The notes beneath the pieces are model-generated. The model searched no databases. It worked only from the letters and a program-made list of their open reading frames with translations, and had not been told where the DNA came from. A DNA stretch of 64,000 nucleotides, from NCBI RefSeq assembly GCF_009914755.1, contig NC_060925.1; one strand, written 5' to 3'. Both the position numbers and the translations under genes were made by a program. Within the stretch, counting starts at the first letter, position 1; every line of letters starts with the position of its first letter. Shown one piece after another: positions 1 to 19,659 of the stretch. The stretch comes from the human T2T-CHM13v2.0 reference genome, Homo sapiens.

Positions 1-278
1 AATGTAGCACAATTTTCAGCAATTTCTGTAACTATGAAAGAGAATTTATTTAATTTAGACTCTAAAATATCCTTCTTCAAAGAGCCCAGAGGTCATGGTC
101 TTGGACCTATAGAAAAGGAAATGTAATTTTTGCATATTATTTGCCTATGCAATGAATATTAATTAAATAGTCATAATAACATAAATTGGGGGGTTATGTT
201 GATATTTAACTCCCAGAATCAAACTGTAAGCAACAGTTTATAAAAGATGGGTTACAATAAAGAAAGAATTTGGCATTA

Positions 279-1445
<1,167 letters not shown>

Positions 1446-1743
1446 TGATTATATAAATATAGCCTGGGAGTCAAGAGGTATTATATATGGCTGATGGGAC
1501 AAAAACTAGAGGTTTAAGTGTTTTATTTAAAGGTATAAAAGCAACCAAGAATAAAACTATAATAATAGCTATCAAAAACTGGGAGAGGGTAGCTAAATCC
1601 TTGTTTTTATTATAGAGAATAAGTACAATACATAGAAATAAAGTCTTGAAAGATACACACCAAATTACTTTCAGTTGTAACTTTGCAGGAGGCAGTTTAA
1701 AGGAATAAAGGGATAAAAATCAGTGATTAAAAATTTTAATCTT

Positions 1744-2042
<299 letters not shown>

Positions 2043-2269
2043 TTATCAAAAAAGGGAGGCGGTTTTCCTCTGGAAAGTGGGACTGGGAAGTGTGGCAGAC
2101 AGCTGTTGTTTTTCAGTATAAACTCCTCAGCACTACCTTATTTTTACTATGTATACAATTACTTTGATGAAAATTAAAAGACAATAAATTTTATTTCTTT
2201 TTTTTGCTAATCAGCTGACTTTAGAAAATACATTTTTAAGGAAGCAAAGGAATAAGCAGTTCCAGGTTC

Positions 2270-2692
2270 ACTCTAGTACATAAACAAATATCCAATAGAT
2301 TCCCCAAAGTACCATACTTCATGACTGAGATGATGTTGGCCTTGGAAATTTTCAAAGTGGATGTTACAAGCTGATCACTATGGCTGTAAAAATAAAAGGA
2401 GATATAACAACATTAAACATTTGGTTTTAGGTACTTTAACTTCCTGATATGTACCTGTATGGATTTCAAATTTTTCCTCTATTATCTAAGATAGTCACTG
2501 TTTGAAAGCCAAGGCCTCCTCTCCCATCCGTTATCTGCTAGGGGATTAGTATAGCATTTTAACATTTGATCTTATTTTCTCCCTTCTGGATCATGTGGAT
2601 TGGCTTCGCCACCGTATGAGTTTGCCAAAAGCGAGAGTAACATGCCAAACCAAACATCTGTCACTAAACTGCAGGAGATTTATTATTTTTAC
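2270..2692 (-). pseudogene. Two relic exons (b/b'-like) separated by a 71-nt intron at 2454-2384
   Basis: LVTDVWFGMLLSLLANSYG and PIHMIQKGENK, then intron CAG|GTACAT...TTTAAT..CTCCTTTTATTTTTACAG|, then IVISL/CNIHFENFQ. Confidence 0.45.
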
Positions 2693-3207
2693 CTAAAAGA
2701 ATACTTGCTACATCAAGAATACTGTAGTCATTAAGCCAGATGAGGCCCTAGGCCAGGTGGATGGTGTGACCATGGACACCAAGGTCTCAGAGAACACCCT
2801 GCTCTTCCCACTCACAGAGCCCTGAAGGACCCAGCCTCTCCTAGTGGAGTGCTGTCAAGAAAGACAACTAAAAGGAAAGTTCTGATGAGGGGATATGCAA
2901 GTCTACAAAGAGTTACTCGAGTCACTTTTATAGTTTCTACAAAATTTAAAGACTGAGAATAAAAAAGGCCCTCAGCCACTTGTTCATTGGTCAGCCCTAG
3001 CATCTAACATAAATGCTCTTCCACAACCCCTAGCAAGGCAGGAGGGGGTAATAAAGACAGCTTTTGGCAAGACCTCAGGAGAAAGAGAAATTTTGATTCT
3101 CAACACTGTATCCCAGGAGGGTAGGGAAGAAAATAGAAAATTAATACCAAAGGACAGTGTTTCTATATCTCCACAGCATATCTTTAGGATGGGAATCAGG
3201 CTGTTAC

Positions 3208-3605
3208 CTTAGTTTCAAAGATCAACTTCCAATAGCAAAGGTAAGGTGACAAGCCATTCAAGGTATTTAAAACATAAGCACTAAAATTTTATCCATGCAT
3301 TTATGTGTGTGCTTTTGAAAAAAAAGGCCTGTCACTATATTGCAGTCCCCACTGGATAAATATATTTTTTACTAAGTTTATTAGACATATAACAATTTTA
3401 GAAGACATCTGTCAAAGACAGTAACTTTAGTTTTAGAACTGTTAATATTATGCCATTTATTTTCTAACAGTGTTTATTATGCAAGGACTGATTGCCTGTT
3501 GAGGTCATTCTTGGTTCTCAAAACGAAAACCATATTATTATATAATTACCCAGACTCCCCCTGCACCATTATCTAAAAGAGTGGGACAAAGGATCGGAAG
3601 GTGAC
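3208..3605 (-). pseudogene. Relic exon, b'-like domain
   Basis: Acceptor TTGTTTTGCTAG. HLPILCPTLLDN..VWVII**YGFRFENQE (cf. ERp57 IFGICPHMTEDN..LLIAYYDVDYEK), then KKYIYP and FKSTHINAWIK. Donor AAG|GTAACA. Confidence 0.6.
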
Positions 3606-3608
3606 CTA

Positions 3609-4037
<429 letters not shown>

Positions 4038-4299
4038 CTATTAAGCTTGTATACCATTCTTGTCCTGCTCAAACTCAGTCATCTCAATTCCAACCAGATG
4101 TCCAAACCAGAACCCTGGGAGCGATTCTTGTCCTCTCCCTCTGCCTCAGTCTCCATATCCAATCATCCCCCACAAAGCCCTGTTGAATATCATTCTAAAA
4201 TACATCATGAGCTTTTTCACGCTCTCTGGTTAAAGGTAGTCCAAGTCAACACTGTCTTACATTGGGGCTGCTACAATCAGAATTTTTTAAATAAAAATA

Positions 4300-4490
4300 G
4301 TAGCAAACACCTTATAATCCTTACTATGGGTCAGGTACCCCTCTAAGTGCTTTAAATGCATTAGCTGATTTATTCTTCTCAATAACCCTATAAAGCATTC
4401 TAGCACCACTTGAAGATGAAGAAACTGATGCACAGAGAAGTTAACTGACTTTCCCAATATCACACAGCTAGGAAGTGGAGGAGCCAGCTG
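4300..4490. mobile_element. MIR
   Basis: Core gatgaagaaactga..cacagagaagttaa.tgactttccca..tcacacagcta. Confidence 0.7.
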
Positions 4491-5076
4491 TCCCCTCCTC
4501 ACTGACCCTTTGCACTCACACCTGCCATCCTCCGGTCTGATTTCCACACAGCAACCAGTGTGATTGTTTAAACAAGTAACTTTTATACAGAACCAGAAAC
4601 CTTGAAGTGAGAACAGAAAACAACTTTATTCTTTTCTTCCCAACAGCCTGATCAAACCGGCTCTGCAGGACAGGTTCTTTCCTGGCGCCTGGGGCAAGTC
4701 CCTTGACTTTTTTTTGGTGCTGTCAGTTAATACGAATTCTCTCTTTCAGTCGCAAAATGGTCTCATTTCAATAATAAAAATGCCCAGTTCAGCGTGTTGG
4801 TTGAAACACTGAATTTCATTACAGTTAATGCTTCCTCCCCACCACCCACCCAAACCCCAAACCTGCTAGGGCTGGCGGCCTTTGTGGTGGGGCTGGCTCC
4901 TCTCTCCTGGCCTCCTCCTCTTCATTGTCTCAGCCGCTTCAGCCAGCCAAGGTTGGAGGGGCCAGGAAAGAGAGATAAGAAACAGAAAAGATCTTGTGTG
5001 ACAGACACAGGCGTAATCTACCATTGACAGACTCTGGCCGTGGCAGGTGTTTAAAGCTGACTCTTACTCTCAGGAC

Positions 5077-5316
5077 TTTTTTTTTTTTTTTTTTTTTTTT
5101 TTGAAACGGAGTCTCGCTTTGTCGCCCAGGCTGGAGTGCGGTGGCGCATCAGCTCACCGCAAGCTCCGCCTCCTGGGTTCACGCCATTCTCCTGCCTCAG
5201 CCTCCCGAGTAGCTGGGACTACAGGCGCCCGTCACCACGCCCGGCTAATTTTTTTGTATTTTTTAGTAGAGACGGGGTTTCACCGTGTTAGCCAGGATGG
5301 TCTCGATCTCCTCACC
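5077..5316 (-). mobile_element. 5'-truncated AluY
   Basis: Pure T26 tail, AluY-type diagnostics (aagctccgcctcc.gggttcacgccattc, gttagccaggatggtctcgatctcc) and retained CpGs. No TSD is visible. Confidence 0.88.
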
Positions 5317-6452
5317 CTAGATAGTCCTCTGTAAGTTCCGCTGATTGGAGCTCATTGAAATAGGCAAAGCCTCGACCTTAGCTGGATGCTTACATACCCA
5401 CTCCAGCCCCACGTTCAGCTTCTGAATCTGAAGACACGTCTCCAGCCTCTGTCTGCTAAGGTTGTCTGGTGTGGACAGAAGTTCTCTTAAGCATGATCCC
5501 CTTTTAAATGACCGCACGTATATATTCCTCCCAAGGATTTCATACCTTGGAGCTGCCAATGCAAACTGTCAATACTAGTTAACTTTCCAAATGCAGTTCC
5601 TTACTTTGATGACAGTAAGCTATTTACCAGGTATTTCTGTGACCCATGGACTCCAGAGGCTACAGGTCAAACCTTCCATGTGGTCTCCTTGGAGCACCCC
5701 TCACTAGCACACCTGAGGCAAGGTAAAAATACCTGTCCTACCAATCTCTCATGGGGTTGTAGGGAAGACATGATGCATTGGAGATTCTTTCAATGGGAAT
5801 TTCCAAAACTCAACTATCTCCTTGGCCTTTTCAATTTTAGTTCCTATATAGCCTTAAGATAGGCAGAGGGGTGAAGATCCACAGAAGTGGTTTCAGCACC
5901 TCTTTCATAATTCTGCCATAGATGATCTCACTCACTGCACTTTGAAATGTGGGGGTAATTAGGCCCTCAGCTGCAGTGAATCAGGAAGAGTCCCATTTTA
6001 ACACTCTGTTAGAAATACCACATCATGCCTTTCCATCGCTATTAGCATTAAATACTAAAAAACACTAATCATACTATGTCCTTCCACTGCTATTGCGATT
6101 AAACGCTAACTCTTTACCACATTCTATGGAGCACTGCATGATATGGGCCTTGCCTACCTGTCTAGCCTTGTTTCATAACTCTCTTTTCAGGTTCAGCTGC
6201 ATTGGTCTTCTTGCAGGTCCTTGGATTCTCTAAGCTCTTTCCTACCTCAGGACCTTCATACATGCCTAGGAGATTCTTCCTCCTACCACTCTTGTCCTCA
6301 TTTGTTAGGTCTCAGCTTAAATATTATCTCATAGCAAAGGATTTTCCTGAAGTATTATAGCTCTCTGCCCCCAGCCAACTATTCTCATTCATATATATTA
6401 TTTAACTTTACAGCATTTACCACAAATTGTAAATGTGTGATTGTGTATTTTC

Positions 6453-7916
6453 TTTTTTTTTTCTTTTTTTTTTTTTAATTGATCATTCTTGGGTGTTTCT
6501 CGCAGAGGGGGATTTGGCAGGGTCACAGGACAATAGTGGAGGGAAGGTCAGCAGATAAACATGTGAACAGAGGTCTCTGGTTTTCCTAGGCAGAGGACCC
6601 TGCGGCCTTCCGCAGTGTTTGTGTCCCTGGGTACTTGAGATTAGGGAGTGGTGATGACTTTTAACGAGCATGCTGCCTTCAAGCATCTGTTTAACAAAGC
6701 ACATCTTGCACCGCCCTTAATCCATTTAACCCTGAGTGGACACAGCACATGTTTCAGAGAGCACAGGGTTGGGGGCAAGGTCACAGATCAACAGGATCCC
6801 AAGGAAGAAGAATTTTTCTTAGTACAGCACAAAAGGAAAAGTCTCCCATGTCTACCTCTTTCTACACAGACACGACAACCATCCAATTTCTCAATCTTTT
6901 CCCCACTTTTCCCCCCTTTCTATTCTACAAAACCGCCATTGTCATCCTGGCCCGTTCTCAATGAGCTGTTGGGTACACCTCCCAGCCGGGGTGGCGGCCG
7001 GGCAGAGGGGCTCCTCACTTCCCAGTAGGGGCGGCCGGGCAGAAGCACCCCTCACCTCCCGGACGGGGCGGCTGGCCGGGCGGGTGGCTGACCCCCCCAC
7101 CTCTCTCCCTGACGGGGCGGCTGGCCGGGCGGGGGCTGACCCCCACCTCCCTCCCGGACAGGGTGGCTGCCAGGCGGAGACGCTCCTCACTTCCCAGACG
7201 GGGTGGCTGCCGGGCGGAGGGGCTCCTCACTTCTCAGACGGGGCGGCCTGGCAGAGACGCTCCTCACATCCCAGACGGGGCAGCAGGGCAGAGGCGCTCC
7301 CCACATCTCAGACGATGGGCGGCCAGGCAGAGACGCTCCTCACTTCCTAGATGGGATGGTGGCCAGGCAGAGACGCTCCTCACTTCCCAGATAGGGTGGC
7401 GGCCGGGCAGAGGCTGCAATCTCGGCACTTTGGGAGGCCAAGGCAGGCGGCTGGGAGGTGGAGGTTGTAGTGAGCCAAGATCACGCCACTGCACTCCAGC
7501 CTGGGCACCATTGAGCACTGAGTGAACGACACTCTGTCTGCAATCCTGGCACCTCGGGAAGCCGAGGCTGGCGGATCACTTGTGGTTAGGAGCTGGAGAC
7601 CAGCCCGGCCAACACAGCGAAACCCCGTCTCCACCAAAAAAATACGAAAACCAGTCAGGCGTGGTGGCGCGCGCCTGCAGTCGCAGGCACTCGGCAGGCT
7701 GAGGCAGGAGAACCAGGCAGGGGGGTTGCAGTGAGCGGAGATGGCAGCAGTACAGTCCAGCTTCAGCTCTGCATCAGAGGGAGACCGTGGAAAGAGAGGG
7801 AGAGGAGGGAGAGGAGGGAGAGGAGGGAGAGGAGGGAGAGGAGGGAGACGGGAGAGGGAGAGGGAGAGGGAGAGGGAGAGGGAGAGGAGGGAGAGGAGGG
7901 AGAGGAGGGAGAGAGC
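6453..7916 (-). mobile_element. Full-length SVA retrotransposon
   Basis: In + strand order: poly-T, SINE-R, GC-rich VNTR, Alu-like domain and (AGAGGG)n hexamer. Perfect 16-bp TSD GTGATTGTGTATTTTC at 6437-6452 and 7917-7932, with an L1-EN-like site TTTC/AA. Confidence 0.97.
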
Positions 7917-7949
7917 GTGATTGTGTATTTTCAAGTTTATGGCCATATG

Positions 7950-8330
7950 GCCAGAAACTGGTTAATGATTTACTAAATTATTTCTGTTTTCCTACTGGAC
8001 ATACAGTTGAACTACATATCCCAGCCTCCCTTGCAGTTAGGTACAGCCATATGACTGTTGTAGTCAATGGAATGTAGGTAGAAAAAGAACACACTTCCAG
8101 GCCTGGCCTGTAAAATCTTGCCACATCTGATCCCCTATTCTTTTTTTCCATTCACCGCCTTAATAGAGAAGATTTCAAAGACCCAGAAAAGCATACAATC
8201 ACAAGAGGAAAGTGATCTGAGTTAGTGCTTAGAGGAGAGAGTCCAGTATAGTCAAGATATCAGCAGCAGCCTCACTGGACTATTGCTTGAGCAAAAAACA
8301 AATTTTTATTAGGTTAAGTCATTGAATTTT
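7950..8330. mobile_element. Old MaLR LTR (MLT1-type) fragment
   Basis: ccagcctcccttgcagttagg..gccatatgactg motif typical of MLT1. Confidence 0.5.
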
Positions 8331-8522
8331 CTCTTATAGAAGTATTCCAGCAAGTAAATTGAAGAAAGAATGACAGAATTAGATTACCACTATATTAAAC
8401 CCTAATGAATTCATGAATCTAGACAATGATCATCAATGGCTATTATTTGTGATGGGAAGAAGAAGAAGAAGAATATTCACAGAATATTAAATATATTTCA
8501 TTGCATCCTGGGCTCTCTTTTC

Positions 8523-10040
8523 TTTCTTTTGTTTTTCAATTTTTATTTTAGATTCCAGGGTACACATGCAGGTTTGTTAGAAAGGCATATTGCATGATGC
8601 TGGGGTTTGGAGTATGATTAAACCCACCACCCAGGAAGTGAGCATAGAACCCAATAGGTATTTTTTCAACCTTTGCCCCCCTTCCTTCCCACTCTTGTAT
8701 TTCCAAGTGTCTATTGTTCTCCTCCTTATGTCCATGTGTACCCCATGTTTAGCTCCCACTTATAAGTGAGAACATGTGTTATTTGATTTTCTGTTTCTTC
8801 ATTACTTCAGCTGCATCCATGTTGCTGCAAAGAACATGGTTTCATTCTTTTTTATGGCTGTACAGTAATCCATGGTATATAAGCATTAATACCACATTTT
8901 CTTTATCCAATCCACTGTTGATGGGCACCTGGGCGGGGTCCATGTCTTTGCTATTGTGAATAGTGCTGCAATGAACATACAGGTGCATGTGTCTTTTTAG
9001 TAGAATGATTTATTTTCCTTTGGGTATAAACTCAGTAATGTCATTGCTTGGTTGAATAGTAGTTCAATTCTTATTTCTTTGAGAAATCTCCAAACTGCTC
9101 TCCCCAGAGGCTGAACAAATTTGCATTCCCAGCAACAATGTGTAAGCATTTCCTTTTCTCCACAGCCCCACCAACATCTGTTATTTTTTGGCATTTTAAC
9201 AAAACCCATTCTGACAAGTGTGAGATGGTATCTCATTGTGGATTTGATTTGCATTTCTCTGATGATTAGTGATGAGCATTTTTTCATGTTCGTTGGCTGC
9301 TTGTATATCTTTTTTTAAGAAGTGTCTGTTCATGTCCTTTGCCCATTTTTAATAGGGTTATTTGTTTTTTGCTTGTTGATTTAAGTTCCTTATAGATTCT
9401 GCATATTAGACTTTTGTCAGATACATAGCTTGCAAATATTTCCTGCCATTCTCTAGGTCATCTATTTACTCCATTGATAGTTTCTCTTGCTATTCAGAAG
9501 CTCCTCAGTTTAATTAGGTCCCACTTGTCAATTTTAGCTTTTATTGCAATTGCTTTTGAGGACTTAGTCATAAATTCTTTGCCAAGGCTGATGTTGAGAA
9601 GGATATTTCCTAGGCTTTCTTCTGTTATAGTTTCAGGTCTTACATTTAAGTCTTTAATCCATCTTGAGTTAATCTTTGTATATGGTAAGAGATAGGGGTC
9701 CAGATTCACTCTTCTGCATATGGACAGCCAGTTATCCAGACACCATTTATTGAATAGAGTCCTTTTCCCACTGCTTACTAGCGGTAGATGTGTGGCTTTA
9801 TTTTTGGGTTCTCTATTCTGTTCCTTCCATTGGTGATTTTCTATTTTTGTACCAGCATCATGCTTTTTTTGGTTACCATAGCCTTGCAGTACAGTTTGAA
9901 GTCAGGTAATGTGATGTCTCTGACTTTGTTCTTTTTGCTTAGGATGCTTTGGCTATGTGAGCTTTTTTGGTTCCATACAAATTTTAGAATAGTCTTTTCT
10001 ATTTCTGTGAAAAATGAAGTTAGTAGTTTGATAGGAATAG
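8523..10040 (-). mobile_element. 5'-truncated older L1PA (about L1PA13-16)
   Basis: Antisense L1 3'UTR and ORF2 C-terminus ([26 protein letters not shown]). Degenerate TSD TGGGCTCT(C/T)TTTT at 8509 and 10041. Confidence 0.85.
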
Positions 10041-10059
10041 TGGGCTCTTTTTTCTATTT

Positions 10060-10930
10060 ATATTCACCTCCAGATGATCACATTTGGTCCCAGCCTTTTC
10101 ATACATCTAGCCATTGACAACTTCCACATTTTTATCTCCAGAGCTATTAATTCCAGTGAAGTTCTGGATTTCTATATTCAACTGCCTCCTCAAAGTCTCT
10201 ACTTGGCTGTCTAAAAATTTCTCAAGTTTAACATGTACACAACAGAACTCTTTACTTCTCTCCAAAAACCTCCTCCCACAGTCTTCCACATGTGAGCAGA
10301 TGAATCTAAGCCACCATCATATCTCATCCAGTGATAGCTGATGTCCATATAATGAGTTCTTCACACAACATCTAGGGTGCATGAACTTTTCAAAATTCAA
10401 ATCAGATAATGCCACTTCCCTGTTTGAAACCTTTGTACAGCTTTCTGATACACTCAAAAAAATTCAAACATTTTTTCATGGCCTCCTCCTTCTTGGCTGC
10501 TCTGACTTCATTTTCTACCACACTTTCCAATGCACACGCTTCTCAAATCTTCTTATTGTTCCTTGAAAGAAGCAAGCTCATTCCTGCCTCAGGGCCTTTG
10601 TATTTGCTATTCCCCTGCTTGGAACTCGGTTCTACCATCTACTTATGGCTTTGTCCTGCACTTCATTCAGACATCCTTAAGAAGGCTTGTCCAATCTATC
10701 AAAAATAGCACCTTGCATCCTCCCACTGTCCCTGCCCATACTCTTACTCTATTTTATTTTTTTCTTTGAAGTTATTACTATTTGATATTACGTATTTGCT
10801 CACTTGCCAGAATGGAAGCTTCATGAATGCAGGAATTTTGTTTGCCTTGTCCATTGCTGTTTCTTCAGTGCATAGAAGAGTCATTACCAATGAGTGGGAA
10901 CTCAATACGTATTTGTTAAATAAACAAATT
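10060..10930 (+). mobile_element. L2 3' fragment
   Basis: L2-type sequence ending ctcaata.gtatttgttaaataaa. Confidence 0.6.
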
Positions 10931-10944
10931 GATTAATGGATTAT

Positions 10945-12014
10945 TGTTGTGGGAAGTCAGGGACCCCAAACTGAGGGACTGGCTGAAGCCATGGCAGAAG
11001 AATGTGGATTGTGAAGATTTCATGGACATTTATTAGTTCCCCAAATTAATACTTTTATAATTTCTTATGCCTCTCTTTACTGCAATCTCTAAACACAAAT
11101 TGTAAAGATTTCATGGACATTTATCACTTCCCCAGTCAATACCCTTGTGATTTCCTATGCCTGTCTTTACTTTAATCTCTTAATCCTGTCAGCTGAGAAG
11201 AATGTATGTCGCCTCAGGACCCTGTAATAATTGCATTAACTACACAAATTGTACAGCATGTGTGTTTCAACAATATGAAATCTGGGCACCTTGAAAAAAG
11301 AACAGGATAACAGCAATTGTTCAGGGAATAAGAGAGATAACCTTAAACTCTGACCGCTGGTGAGCCGGGCGGAACAGAGCCATATTTCTCTTCTTTCAAA
11401 AGCAAATGGGAGAAATATCGCTGAATTCTTTTTCTCAGCAAGGAACATCCCTGGGAAAGAGAATACGCGCCTAGGGGTATAGGCCTATAAACGGCCCCCC
11501 AGGTGTGGTCGTCTTTTATGGTCTGTAGACTGTAGGGGTGAAATAGACCCCAGTCTCCCATAGTGCTCCCAGGCTTATTAGGAAGAGGAAATTCCCGCCT
11601 AATAATTTTGGTCAGACCGGTTGCTCTCAAAACCCTATCTCCTGATAAGATGTTATCAATGACAATGGTGCCCAAAACTTCATTAGCAATTTTAATTTCG
11701 CCCCGGTCCTGTGGTCCTGTGATCTCGCCCTGCCTCCACTTGCCTTGTGATATTCTATTACCTTGTAAAGTATTTGTTGTCTGTGACCCACACCTATTCA
11801 CACACTCCCTCTCCTTTTGAAAATCCCTAATAAAAACTTGCTGGTTTTGTGGCTTTTGGGGCATCACGGAACCTACCGACATGTGATGTCTCCCCCAGAC
11901 GCCCAGCTTTAAAATTTCTCTCTTTTGTACTCTGTCCCTTTATTTCTCAAGCTGGCCAATTCTTAAGGAAAATAGAAAAGAACCTATGTGACTATTGGGG
12001 CAGGTTCCCCGATA
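10945..12014 (+). mobile_element. MER11 (probably MER11C) solo LTR of HERV-K(HML-8)
   Basis: Starts TGTTGTGGGAAGTCAGGGACCCC and ends GGGGCAGGTTCCCCGATA, 1070 bp. 6-bp TSD GATTAT (10939-10944, 12015-12020) and AATAAA at 11829. Confidence 0.92.
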
Positions 12015-12109
12015 GATTATAAACAAGTGACCATAAAACCTTCCAAGTTTGACTCAATCACAGTTATGAGCCACATTTAGGAAACCCTGACATACAAGCA
12101 TTCTGTCAT

Positions 12110-12310
12110 TTATTGACTGGGTAAACTTGAGAGAGATGCCTGATCTCCCTGTGCCTCAGTTTTTTCATCTGTATAATGGAGGAATAATGTCATCTGTTTC
12201 ATAAGAGTGCAAGGCTTAAATAAATGAATAATGAAGTTCTTAGACTAGAACAATGCATAGTATAATACATAGTAGGTACTCAATAAATGTTTGCTGACAT
12301 TATTATTATT
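12110..12310. mobile_element. MIR
   Basis: ctgtgcctcagtttt..catctgtataatgg core. Confidence 0.65.
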
Positions 12311-12735
12311 ACAGAATTCCAGATTTTCAGTGTTTAAATTAAGAAAATAGAGGAAAGGGCCATTTTTCACATTAAAGGAATTTTTAAAGTCATAAACAAT
12401 AAATATGTATTGGGATTTACAAAGCAGGCCTTAACTGCATGAGAGGTAAGAAGTAGCAGAGAAACTTAGAATGAAAGTATTAAAAATCGCTTCCAATTAC
12501 AAATCACTATGAAATAAAAATAATTATGAAAATATGAGGTAGTCATTCAGATTTGATTAACAACCAAAATAAATCAGTTTATATACAACTTTTCAGGAAT
12601 ACACCTACAGGGTAAATTAAAAGACATCTGAACTCTTCAATACTTAACGTCACCATAATCGGCAAAGACAGATGGAGCCCTTTCCTCCTGCCCTTGCCCC
12701 CTCTATTCCACATAACCATTATATCCCTCTCTTAC

Positions 12736-13298
12736 TAACAACTTCTATCTTGAAGGCAGCAACATGATTCATGCTATAGCCCAGGCTTATCATATTAGGG
12801 CAAGACCAATATACTTAGCCTGAAAACAGGGTTCCACAAATGAAGGTGCTTGATTAGCTAAGCTACATGTTAAGAAATCACTTCTGCACTAAAAGTAAAG
12901 CCAAAAATTGAAGCCAAACCTGAATAATTTTGATAACACTTGCTTTTAAGTAAGTTGTTTCTGCATTTATCTCAGCTTCATTTCCTACACGTCACTGAGG
13001 GGAATTTTTCCTCTTTTTATCATCCACAATTATTGTTCTGGCATTTTGTTGTTGTGTTGGTTTGTCTGTTCATTTGCTTTCTTGCTTTGCTTGCATCCTG
13101 ACGGATTAAAACCATCAGGGTGAGATTCTGCTACAATCTTCTTCAGCCAAACTTACTTGCCAAGTATGTAGCAGTCTTCCTGTTCCCACATAGCAACCTC
13201 CCATCTTTTCTTAGTATTTTGAAGCATGCCAAAGAAAGAAAATGATACTGGGTGTCTCAACATACCTTAAGATTTGGCCCTCCTGTCCCTCAAACAAC
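12736..13298 (-). pseudogene. Relic exon, a-domain C-terminus into b domain
   Basis: Acceptor TTTTGTTTGTTAG. Motifs in order: TPSIIFF, GNRKTATYLA, WLKK, RTIIV, TYLKAS, FGFTFSAEVI (12905-12876) and PCFQAKY (12831-12811). Compare ERp72 FHHTFSTEI / PEKFQSKY and PDI IVNWLKK. Donor TA|GTAAGA. Confidence 0.65.
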
Positions 13299-13323
13299 CT
13301 AACAAACAAAATATAGCCATTTA

Positions 13324-18995
<5,672 letters not shown>

Positions 18996-19309
18996 TATAT
19001 AAAAAATAGCCTTTAAGAAAGATGGCTCTTAAGATATAAAGGAAAATTGAAAATTAGTAAAGTTAAATATGGCATTATGATTATCATACTAAATAGGCCT
19101 ACTGCATATTCCTACTGTGATTCTTTTTAGATTGAAAATGAAAAACCATAGATGTGGATTAAAGTACTGCTTGAGACATTATGTCTTTTAGGGACTCACT
19201 GGTAATAACATATCTTCCCTATCCACCTATTGGAGAAAATGCTCCCGTAAAACAATTGTTAAACCCTTAAAAAAATTGTTTAAAACAATTCTACTGAAAC
19301 CTGAATGTT

Positions 19310-19659
19310 CCTTCTTAGAAAGGTCGAATAAAAATTATGCTTTCCAACTGAGAAATTATATTTCATTTTATGACAGTAATTGTCTGCAGGCTATTTGTTT
19401 TAAATATATTAACCACATCAGATTTAATCTGGAAAGCTCTGCAATTTAAGTGTTCAAAAAGCGTATAAGCTAAAAGCTTAAATCAAGGCCATCCATGGAT
19501 GGGAACTTTTTGTTGTTAAAGAGAAAGATCTTTTGTGCTATTTTAAGAATCTCCTTGTTGAAAGATCTTGAATGCAGTAAGAAAATCTATAAACCTCGAA
19601 CACTTGGCTGAACCAAGGTCAGGTTAAGGTTACGAGAGGGATTTATCCAACTCATCAGT
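19310..19659 (-). pseudogene. Relic exon, b-like segment
   Basis: Acceptor TGTTCTCAG. FQIKSDVVNIFK (19434-19399) resembles the PDI b-domain YQLDKDGVVLFK. Many stops, so support is weaker. Confidence 0.4.

Noticed and set aside
2455-2692. Passing resemblance to TMEM181 (VTL.FWQT, HDP, NFQG)
   Set aside because: The motif spacing does not fit and neighbouring segments give no support. The PDI b-domain reading fits the surrounding series better.
6483-8077. Cluster of ORFs, including Glu/Gly- and Arg/Glu-repeat peptides
   Set aside because: These are translations of the SVA VNTR, Alu-like and hexamer domains.
13151-13156. Consensus minus-strand donor GTAAGT after GNRKTATYLA
   Set aside because: PDI-like similarity (WLKK onward) continues straight through it, so it is treated as exon-internal.
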